A DNA stretch of 63,420 nucleotides, filler included, from Octopus bimaculoides (taxonomy: Eukaryota), in assembly GCF_001194135.2 (NCBI RefSeq). It is 4 parts of 3 records of this genome, joined end to end, with 100 filler letters (N's around TTAATTAATTAA, not from the genome) between each part and the next. Parts side by side here need not be neighbours in the genome. Positions count along the whole stretch, not along the records: positions 29,843 to 59,623 come from NC_068995.1; positions 59,724 to 63,420 come from NC_068985.1; 2 more parts are not named here. One strand, 5' to 3'. The position numbers and the translations under genes were made by a program. The notes under the pieces are model-generated. The model did no database searches. It had not been told where the DNA came from and worked only from the letters and a program-made list of their open reading frames with translations. Of this stretch, positions 52,868-63,420 are shown piece by piece. Every line of letters starts with the position of its first letter. Positions within the stretch are counted from its first letter, which is position 1.

Positions 52868-53399
52868 TTAGGGTGAAGGCCAGCAATTTGAGAAGGGGTG
52901 GTTCATACAATCGACCTTAGTAATTTGACTGGCACTTCATTTTAATGGCCCTGGATAGCCACAATAATACAGAAGTAACGTTTGAACACAAAGAATAAAA
53001 AAGATTCATATAAGACGATCCAGTTTTGAAAAAGAAGAAGAATGAATTCTAAATAAAAACAGTATCAAGGACTTGCACTGCCATTACCAACCAGCACAGT
53101 TACCACCAAGAAGCTCAATTTCACCGTTGTTATCCTAGGGAAGTCAGTGACTCCTTAAACATCATCTGTTACACGATAAGTGTGACCTTGAATACGTACA
53201 TGCGTTTCAGATCATATACTGACGAGCTGAACTTTCATTTCCATCTATTTGTACAGAGGATGATGATACCGGTGAAAAAAAGTTGGGTATTCGTCACATA
53301 ATCGACCAACAAACCATCCTTTTTATCAAATATTTACCAACATTTAGTTAAAATTTTTAATAATGACCCCATCTACCTAGCATTCACACTCTTCTCTTG

Positions 53400-54410
53400 C
53401 TTTGGTGTATCCGTTACGAGTTCAAATCCCGTCGAGATAACTTTGCTTTTTTATTGTTTCTGAGTCTATAAACAAAATACCAAGCTAGTGACGGAATCGA
53501 ATTTCCTTCTCATTTTTCTTTCTCATCCTCTCTTTCTGTTTTGAAGAAATGATCTGTGTTCAGATCCGGGGAGCGATCAGCAGTGTCAGGTTTAAAATGC
53601 CCAGGACACATCCTACGCCACGATGTTCCCACCTACCAACAGGAGAGCCCAAGCTAGGTGCTTAGTATAAAGAATGCTCTCCTGCCTCCAGGAGTTATCT
53701 TTCCTTGATCCCCCGTTCTCCAGAGTGATCTTTCCTTTATCCCCCGTTATGTAGTCTGATACCGCTTTGTTAACATTATAGCTGCAGATGACAAAGGTGT
53801 AGAATGCCTTAAAAATGTCTTGTTACATTTAATCTTGAAGTCTTTCCTTCCTTCCCTAACATCATTTAATCTTGAAGTTCTTCCTGTCCCAAGATCAAAA
53901 CCCATAGTAGCCGACCTTATGCCCTTCCAAGGTTTATTATGAGTACCAGCAGACGCAGGGTATCAACCTTTATAAATGTGTGAGACTTTGTACTTTCGTT
54001 AGGAATCATTATCAGTGGCATAAGAATAGGCAGGTTGGCCGAATCGTTATCGTGTCGGACAGAACGTCCTGCCGTATTGTCCTGGCACTTTATTATGATC
54101 TGAGATCAAATATTTCCGAGATCGACTTCCCCCTTTATCATTTAGTGGGGTTGATAAATGAAAGTACGAATAAAGTACTAGAGTCGATGTACTCAACAGC
54201 AGATTGAACGAATCTTTACAGTATCAGACTGAAATTGCCCGCTGTATTTTTCCCGACAGCTTACGTTTTGAGTTCAACTCCTATCGAGGTCAGCTTTGCT
54301 GTTTATCCCTTTGAGGGTTGATAAAACACGGTTCTAAACATGCACTAAAGTCGATGTAATCAGCTAACTCTATTTAGGATACATTTCAGACCGTGCGTCT
54401 AAATTATAAA
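53400..54410 (+). mobile_element. Old SINE family B remnants (about 53400-53500, 54025-54200, 54250-54410)
   Basis: Degenerate GAGTTCAAATCCC / GAGGTCAGCTTTGC / GGGTTGATAAA motifs. The span is not continuous. Confidence 0.5.
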
Positions 54411-55372
54411 CTAACATAATTATTAGAAAACATAAGTAGTTGAGTGAAGAATTAATTCAATGTCTTGCTACACAGTAAGCGTTTACTCTGCGTGCTAGGG
54501 CTCGAACTTGTTAATCTCAAAACGGCCTTTAATCCCTTCGGAGGTTGATGAAGTAAATACCAAGACCATAACACTGATTGTATTTGATACTGTTAATGAA
54601 TAAGCTCTATGGCAATGTCAACTTGGTAAAAGTGACAGCTCAGAACATACGGTAGAAACACACTGAACGCTAAATAAAAACGACGACTTGTGATAAAATT
54701 TAAGCGAAGTTTTAACTTCAAGTCCCGAGTTCAAATCCCGCTAGGGTTGGGATATAAGGATATAGAAATTTCTTTTATTAGAGAACAAAGCACTAATTTA
54801 TATTACTAGTAGATTCAAACTTTATAACACTCGAGCACGCGGTCTTATTATTTAGAGAGGCACGGAAAAAAGAAGGTGGCGTGAATTTCTGAAGCGGAAT
54901 GGTGGAGGTGGGGGGTGGCACATCTTTTCGACAATGGAACCCGAAAGCAAACTCGTTCCGTCTTGCAAAATTTCTGTCATGGCAATTCTCCACGCACCAT
55001 TACTACTTGATTTCCTCTCGACGTTACGAACAGATTCGTGACCAATGCAAGGCGGTACCTGTTATATAACTGGGGAAAAGTTATAATAAATCAAGTACTG
55101 TGGCGATCCCATTGCCTTGTTAAATTGATGATATGAGCGAGGGAAGGTGGGCTGTCTTTGTACCCAATTCTGGAAATTGTCGCTATAATAATAATAATAA
55201 TTTTTATTACTGTCCTTATGATGTCCCCCCTCATCTAAGCCCCTATGAAACCATCAACTCTTCTACTACTACTACTACCACCACCACCACCACCACCACT
55301 ACCACCACTTATAGGATTGTTGCTAACGTTATCGTCATAATTTGGGTTTTGCATCTAATTTAGAAATCACTA

Positions 55373-55405
<33 letters not shown>

Positions 55406-55744
55406 CATTATTAAAACTATTTCTTATGATTGCTTCTAATTTTATCACCACCATCAGCATCATCATCACCACCATCGTTATTCTCGACAATATCATGGAA
55501 GCAAGTTTTGTCATACGTCATTTTACAAAACCCCTACATCAAAAAATATGGCTGAAAACAGAGATTTAATTTTCCATACAAGAAAAAAAATTACGATACA
55601 AAGAACATTTGACATACACAGACGTACATAAAAAAAAAAAGGAAAAAAGATGATCAAATAATGGACAAAATTCAAGAAAATTGAAATAAATTTACAGAAG
55701 ATAAAAAAGATATTTCTGATGAAAATTAATAAACTTAAACTTAC

Positions 55745-56275
55745 CTGAACTAAATAGCACGATCGCTTTCAAACAACTATACTCCGCCGAATCGACGTGA
55801 AGTGCCTTTAATTTTTCAACTTGTTCCTGAAATATTCTTATATGATCCATGAAAGCTACAACTCTGTCAGCTGCCATTGGGCTAGCATGAAGCCCAGCAG
55901 CAGCTAACAGCGGTGCTACATGTAACGGCATAGAGCACTGGGCAGCATTTAAAACGAACAATTCGCTCCAACTGAGCCGTAAGAGAGCTACTTGATCTGC
56001 AACCTGAAGGTCCGGAAAAAAGGGGATATTTCGTGCCCATTCGACCGCACTGAACAACAATCTGGCCGCTAGTTCACAAATGTTCTCAATGCCCATTATA
56101 TTGTTTGGTTGCATGCACTGACCGTAGCGTGACGTAGGGTAGGGCTCGGCCCGAATCAGCATTGATATGAAGCTTGACAGGTACGTATGTCCGTTTAGCG
56201 GGTCTCCATTCGTAAGAGCCATCTGTCCGGGAAATCCGGGATGTTGTGTTGGCGGCACGCGTCCTCGCTGGACAG
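55745..56275 (-). CDS. NR2F: Internal coding exon of COUP-TF / seven-up (NR2F) orphan nuclear receptor: hinge plus most of the ligand-binding domain
   Basis: Translation (A)[176 protein letters not shown] is recognisably near-identical to vertebrate NR2F1/2 and Drosophila Svp. A long polypyrimidine tract and TTTAG acceptor end at 56276. The donor is TCAG|GTAAGT, with the intron starting at 55744. Length is 531 nt, phase 1-1. The ORF-track tail GKFKFINF... is intron read-through. Confidence 0.97.
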
Positions 56276-56809
56276 CTAAAGAAATTTGGGGAGAGAAGAA
56301 AAGGGAGAGAAAAAAGAAAAGAGAAATAATGAGAGATGTGGCTATGAAAAGTAATCAAATAAATGATAGAAAAAAAACAAACAATTGTAAACATTCACAC
56401 ACAGAATTTCATGTATCTATATATATATGTCATACGTGTATATCTGTGTGCGTGTGAGTGCGTATATGTCATAGATATGTATGTGTATTTGTCCGTAACA
56501 TATACGAACATATATGCAAGTATTTTGGACATGAGTGTGTGTATATATGTACATGTATGTATGTATGTATGCCTACACGCATACCTACTATTATAGACAT
56601 ACACCTATGTATAGATGAGAAGTGTACGTGGTACATACATGTACTTTTTACATACAATATGCACCAACATCTTTCTACATATTTGAATTTTTAAACAAAT
56701 GCCTATTTTTAGATGATGTTTTTTTGGCAGAAAATGAGATACAATGAATAACATACATGCAAACAAACACAAAAATTATAAATATAAACATTACACACAC
56801 ACACAAAAC

Positions 56810-56845
<36 letters not shown>

Positions 56846-56992
56846 ATGCTGTTGTTACTAGATATACATAGCACATACACATAGACATGGTGATGCGTAA
56901 ATAAACGAATACACATATTTATGTATGTGTGGATGTATATATGTCTGTGTGTGTGTATGAGTGTATATGTATATAAATATATACGTGTGTAT

Positions 56993-57043
<51 letters not shown>

Positions 57044-57565
57044 CACACACACATACACATATATATATAAATACATACATACACATATACATATATATTA
57101 GATACACACATATACACATACACACACACACAGATACACATATGTACATATGTATATATTTGCATTCCTTTATACAACTGTATGTCTGTGTATGTGTTTT
57201 GTATATCTTAACAAACAAGGGAAGGTTTCAGAATATATTTACTATGGAAGCATACAATGAAAATAATTAACAGAACAAGCTTTAAATCAATTAATACAGG
57301 TGAAGAAATATCGACAATTTGATTTTTTTTCTTTCAGATTAATGTTGATTGTATATCAAGTATGTATACATTGTATACATGCATATATATATACATATAT
57401 GCACATACACACACACACGTGTATATATATATATGCATATGTATGGTATTTATAACATACATAAAACATTGTAACATATATCAGATATATATTTATCTAC
57501 ATACATATGTGCTTATGTATGTATATAAATACATACATATATATATATGATGTGTGTATATTCAT

Positions 57566-57608
<43 letters not shown>

Positions 57609-57693
57609 CGCGTGAATATGAGTATCTATAAGATTCTGGTAGAGTTTGAATACATCTGACTACATACATATATATATATATATATATTGTGTG

Positions 57694-57762
<69 letters not shown>

Positions 57763-58352
57763 GTTGAGCATATAAATTAGCAAGGAGAACAGATAAGGTT
57801 ACACACACGTACACACACACCTTTATAACCACACAGAGGAGCGAACCAGTGATCATCTGTACTATTTGAGAATAAATTAAACTGATGCTCCGTCAGTTTC
57901 GACGATGAGCATTTCATTTTTTCCGCCCTTCACCTAGTTAATATAAATCTACCTGTTTTTGCTCCACTGGATGGGTTCGCATGTTTATTAAGGGATCTAG
58001 AAGCGATGACCTCTGCTGTGCTACAAACCCTTGAAATACAGGTACACAGGCTTATCCAATTTCACACTGAAGGAACAGTTTGGAGGGGACCAAGTCAGCG
58101 GTAAAAAAGACATTAACTTTGACAGCAAGAAGTGGGCTGGAACCCAGAACATAAGGGTTACGAACTGACGTTGATAGGCTGTGCTTTTTTAACCACCTGT
58201 CAATAGCTGTGATATATATATGTTTACTCTGTGTGTGTGTGTGTGTGTGTGTNNNNNNNNNNNNNNNNNNNNNNNNNNNNNNNNNNNNNNNNNNNNNNNN
58301 NNNNNNNNNNNNNNNNNNNNNNNNNNNNNNNNNNNNNNNNNNNNNNNNNNNN

Positions 58353-58394
<42 letters not shown>

Positions 58395-58613
58395 TATATA
58401 GTGATATAATATATATGTATATTTATTATGTACGTATCAATGTTGGGTTTGCCGCTGTTCATCAATGATTCAGAGAAAACATGCATATGTATAGTATACA
58501 CACATACACAAAAGTACACCCCCACACACACACACACACTTATACACATATATAATGTATTCATTCATGTTATATAGATTACACACAGATTTTGTATACA
58601 TCAACACATACGT

Positions 58614-58644
<31 letters not shown>

Positions 58645-58869
58645 TACACGCACACGTCTCCTCTGGCTTCTCTCTCTGTTATATTTCCTCTATCAGCATC
58701 TCTTGAATCTCAGAACTAATTTCTATTCGTCTTCTATTTTCATTTACTTATAATACTCTCTTCGTGTGACTGGTGGGAAATCAATTAATTAGAGAAAAGA
58801 AAACGGTATCAGTAAATAAAATAAACGACAAATAAATTAACAGCAAAATCTCGATCCATTCCTTTAATA

Positions 58870-58909
<40 letters not shown>

Positions 58910-59587
58910 TTGCAGGGGTTTCGGTATATAAATGAGGAAGGCAACAGACGAATTCAGCAGTCACATACGAAACAACCGCAAAAAGAAAAACAATAACGTC
59001 GTTGTTTAACGAAAATGACAGATGGTGTGTTTACAATGTTATTGTGTAATTGTATGACAGTTCAATGTTGTTAGAAAAAGAAAAAAAAAACTGAGTTGTT
59101 TAATTATTACTGGCATTGAAACACACACATATATATCTCATACACACACAAACACGCACACATGCGTAATATTTAACACCCAGACAACACATTATACTAT
59201 ATGTGTGTGCGTGTGTGTGTGAAATATACATACGTGTATTACGTGCGTGTGTATATACATACACATATGTAGTAGATATGAACGAATATACAAATAAATA
59301 TACAAAAGAATAAATTTATATACGATTAAATTATGCGTTTGAATATTTATTTGAATTTATCTTATATATATCATATACATCTATATCATTTATATATATA
59401 TATATACATACATGTACATATATATATATACATATATATACATATAATATATACATATTATATATATATATACATGCATATATGTACATATATATACATG
59501 CATGTATGTATGTGTGTATATATATATATATATATATGTATGTATTTGTTGGTCCATTCTCCACATAAATATATATATATATAGACA

Positions 59588-59623
<36 letters not shown>

Positions 59624-59723
59624 NNNNNNNNNNNNNNNNNNNNNNNNNNNNNNNNNNNNNNNNNNNNTTAATTAATTAANNNNNNNNNNNNNNNNNNNNN
59701 NNNNNNNNNNNNNNNNNNNNNNN
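59624..59723. other. Artificial 100-bp assembly spacer
   Basis: Identical N44-TTAATTAATTAA-N44. Confidence 0.93.
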
Positions 59724-59762
<39 letters not shown>

Positions 59763-59789
59763 GATACGGGTGAACACATAAATGCAAGT

Positions 59790-60160
59790 AAGGTGGAAAG
59801 AATAACTCTCACATTCCGCCGACGTAGAGTTTGCCTTTCATCCTTCCGGGGTCGATAAATAAAGTACCAGTTACGCACTGAGGTCGATGTAATCAATTTA
59901 ATCCCTTTGTTTGTCCTTGTTTGTTCCCTCTGTATTTAGCCCTTGTGAGCAGTAAAGAAATAAGAAACGTTAACATGCCGGGTGAAATACTTAGCGGTAT
60001 TTCGCCTGTCTTTACGTTCTGAGTGCAAATTCTGCCGAGGTTGACTTTGCCTTTCATCCTTTCAAGGTCGATAAATTAAGCACCAGTTGTATACTGGGGT
60101 AGATCTAATTAACTGGCCCCTCTCCCAAAAGATTCTGGCCTTTGTGCTTAGAGTAGAAAA
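59790..60160 (+). mobile_element. Tandem (dimer-like) SINE family B
   Basis: Two successive CTTTCATCCTT..GGTCGATAAAT.AAG.ACCAG units. The second has a full body and ends in GTAGAAAA. Confidence 0.75.
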
Positions 60161-60984
60161 AAAAAATTAGAATTATAATATAGGAGGAAGCACTGTAAGT
60201 AATATTTACTGGATTGTTTTTAAACAAATGTTGACCACCTTACTAAGATAAATCAGGTAAGCAAATTACCTTTGCTAAGTACATTAAAAGCATTATAATA
60301 TTTTCAGAACACTATTTCAGAAGATTATCTCCGTTCACTTTGATCATACAAGGAAGAAAATTTATGTGGGGTAAAATGAGGAAGGTAAAGTTTACTCTTC
60401 AGTTCTGCAGAATTACACGAGACTTGTACACATCCATATCCATTGTTTGATATCAGAACGATCAGAAATGCTGCAAAAAGTTTTAAATATCTAGGTCAAA
60501 TAAACAAGGATCTTGAAAAGATGATACATAGTATAACATTAAAGAAACGTGATTAAATCTGCAACCTCAGCATAAATATTCTCAATAAGCTTCTCCGTGA
60601 TCTGCTGGAATGGGTCATTTCCTGGCCCCATGCTATTAAAGAAAAGAAACTATTGAATTTACTCATTACTCATTTTGTCCAAGTTAGACGTCTTGTTTTT
60701 TCTGAAAACTGAAAATTATGTAATTCGACATAAGCGTGGAAAGGATTGTCCTGGAATCTAACAGAGAAAAGAATATTGATTTTAAAACACTTAGAATTAT
60801 CCAGATATTTTATTTGCGGTCTCAATTACAATCGGGTGAAATAGGAGGAAAAATTTCTTGAACAAAAGTATCTGTCAACTGACTGCTTCAAACTTTCTCA
60901 AGTTCAAAACAAAAAAACAAAATCAACTATGCTGACAATTTTTTTAATTCTGAAGATGAGGTAATGCATGAGATATAATAATCC

Positions 60985-61128
60985 ATTCTACTAAAGGCAC
61001 AAGGCCTGAAATTTTTGGGGAGGGGCTTTCGATTAGATCGACCCCTGTGTGCAACTGGTACTTAATTTATCGACCCCGAAAGGATGAAAGGCAAAATCGA
61101 CCTTGGCGGAATTTGAACCCAGAACGTA
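60985..61128 (-). mobile_element. SINE family B, head truncated at an RTE junction
   Basis: AAAGGCACAAGGCCTGAAATTTTTGGGG...GGCGGAATTTGAACCCAGAACGTAG. Confidence 0.82.
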
Positions 61129-61310
61129 GCACGTAAAAGCACCCACTACACTCTCGGAGTGGTTGGCGTTAGGAAGGGCATCCAGCTGTAGAAACTCTGT
61201 GAAATCAGATTGAGGCCTGGTGTAGCCATCTGGCTCACCAGTCCTCAGTCAAATCGTCCAACCTATGCTAGCATTGAAAGCGGACGTTAAACGATGATGA
61301 TGATGATGAT
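61129..61310 (+). mobile_element. RTE LINE 3' terminus with (GAT)n tail
   Basis: GCACGTAAAAGCACCCACTACACTCTCGGAGTGG...GGACGTTAAACGATGATG. Confidence 0.87.
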
Positions 61311-61559
61311 CTTAACTAGGATAAATACACACATATATATACACATCTCCATACACGTACCGACTGCATTCACGACCCTATAGGGAACCGCACAAGAAAA
61401 TATTGAAAAGAGAATCAACTGTAATCAGTATTACTGAACAACATCTCCAGATTTAGCATTTACTAATAAAAAGGGGAAAAAATGTAGGTCTAAAGTAGAA
61501 ACGAATAAAATGAAAATTTAATGGCAGCAGATATAATAACGAATGTTGATCGATCGATT

Positions 61560-61720
61560 ATATACAACACTCCAAATATGCTTCAAAAACTGAAACAAAC
61601 CCTTTAGACAAGGAACAGTGGCGATGAGGTGTAGTCAGCGCATTAGTAGAGTCATATTTTATCACAAAATATAAACCACTTTTGAATACGTCCACCACAA
61701 ATGACACTATTACAAGGACC
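61560..61720 (+). pseudogene. Possible Penelope GIY-YIG endonuclease C-terminal remnant
   Basis: 61640-61687 reads ALVESYFITKYKPLLN, resembling the ES..I.K.KP.LN motif that ends PLE GIY-YIG domains. A short match only. Confidence 0.4.
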
Positions 61721-61982
61721 TTAGAATAATACCCACGCATATATTAAAAACGATATATTCAGAAAAGTCAATACTCATGAATTTATTCAGAACAATTCCA
61801 ATCACTACTATTACAAGCACAACAGATCACTTTTCCGTCAGTTGACTAGAGGATCTTACTACTACATATATATATATATATATATGGTTAGAGCGTCGAG
61901 CTTACATATATATATAAGAATTTACTTTTCGTAATGAGATAAAAAACCAAGACTGTCTATATTTTAGAACTTTTATAAATAG

Positions 61983-62030
61983 GTCTTACAGCTGTTTCCA
62001 GGATATTTATTATATCCCTTCATCGGAGAC
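61983..62030 (-). ncRNA. Minimal type I hammerhead ribozyme motif (family P2), core-mutated
   Basis: Minus strand: GTCT-CCGATGA-A-GGGATAT-AATAA-ATATCCT-G-GAAA-CAGCTG-TA-AGAC. Palindromic stem III, with U4>C in the core. Confidence 0.7.
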
Positions 62031-62082
62031 TGTGTGAGAGGATGGTTAAGCAATAGTTAATTTAGATAAACTAGGATATAGA

Positions 62083-62120
<38 letters not shown>

Positions 62121-63420
62121 CACACACACATGCATATACCTTTGTGTGTGTGTTTATGTTCGCTTTCCACCACCGCTTCACAACAAATGTTAGTGTGGTT
62201 GAGTCCCACTAGCTTAGCGGTTGGGCTTGAGAATAAGGACCAGCTTAAAAACTCTTAAGAACTACTTCAGAGTCAGACCCCCTGCATGGCCGCTGTCTAA
62301 TGACTGAGATTTGTAAAAAGAAAAGAAAGCAAAATGATTAACAAAAATACTTAGATGATGTCATTCTATACAAGATCACTGTCACCAAATTACGTTACCT
62401 CTAATAATACTTTGTACTCTAGGCACAAGGCCTGAAATTTAAGGGGAGGGGGCCAGTCGATCAGAAAATTTTCAGAGAAAGTTCCGTAAAAGTCACTTGT
62501 CAAGGTATGTGACAGACCCATACGTGACGCATTGAAAACATCTGGTCTTCCATCACTTCCTCTTCTCAAACTTTTATGTTTTTTTAAATAGCAAGTCTAA
62601 TATGGGGTCTGTTTTGTTTCACGCCAATCTGGATACATTTTTTTTATATTTAAATATGTTCATAAAACGTTTTCACCGTATCAGAAGAGTTAATATATTT
62701 CAGTTTACGTGATTAATCACCAAATTACAGAGGTACTACATTTTATCAGGAGGTCAATGTTTCTATAATTAAAGGCAAACAAATTAGCAGGCATTTGTAT
62801 ATCATTTGTATATAATTTGTAAAGATACGAAGTTCTCATTTATCTAAATAAATAGAATTCTGACTTTGCAATCATATAAAAATTTAATTTAGTTCTTTTT
62901 TAAAAGCTTTTCAGTCATCCAAACAGAAACAAGCAAATCATGGCAATATAAGATCTAACATTCTTTTGAAATGTAACTGAAATTCTACATCACTGATTAT
63001 TGAGAAAACATCTACAATGCTCCCAGTCATGTTAACCATTTTCTGCTATTTATAAACAGCTAGCAATAAAAATCCATTAGTTTTTGATAATGAATCACAA
63101 TCTATAAAGAATGGTAAGGTTATTACATGCACACCCATATACACAAAGACTCGCTCATAATCAAAAACAGGCACGCTCGCGCTAAAAGACACCTCCCGGA
63201 CTTTATATATATATATATGTATAGGGAGAGAGAGAGACAATTATGTGGATAAACAGATTATTATCCGCACACATTGATTTGTCTTATAGCCACTCTTTAC
63301 CTCGCTGAATTCATCCCTCGTAAAGACATCGGATTTTTAGTTCGAATCCTTTGAGCAATAAAAATGTAAAGCGTTTTATATCGAGAACGTCTGGTGAATC
63401 TGTTAAATACATACATATAT

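Noticed and set aside
55692-56258. ORF as a complete single-exon gene starting at GTG
   Set aside because: It is an internal exon. True limits are set by the splice sites (55745-56275), and the last 17 residues are intronic.

Overview
AT-rich, microsatellite-saturated animal genomic DNA with many N gaps. The SINE/LINE repertoire and repeat density suggest an octopus; this is inference. The only host coding sequence I can support is one 531-bp minus-strand exon of COUP-TF/seven-up (NR2F), encoding the hinge and most of the ligand-binding domain (55745-56275). It has canonical splice sites. I did not find the zinc-finger exon or the final exon, so much of the window is probably intron. The rest is a layered transposon graveyard: Tc1/mariner fossils (including a TIR-complete DD37D maT), R4/Dong-type RLE LINEs stacked in (TAA)n arrays, RTE LINE pieces, at least three tRNA-derived SINE families, and Penelope-like repeats. 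The most interesting signal is five hammerhead-ribozyme motifs in the Penelope-like repeats. Three have an intact core, a palindromic stem III and an unusual branched stem II. Two of those three form a 240-bp near-perfect inverted repeat. Three artificial N44-TTAATTAATTAA-N44 spacers show the window is four joined pieces, so long-range context across them is uncertain. Almost all ORFs in the supplied track are microsatellite or N-gap artefacts.
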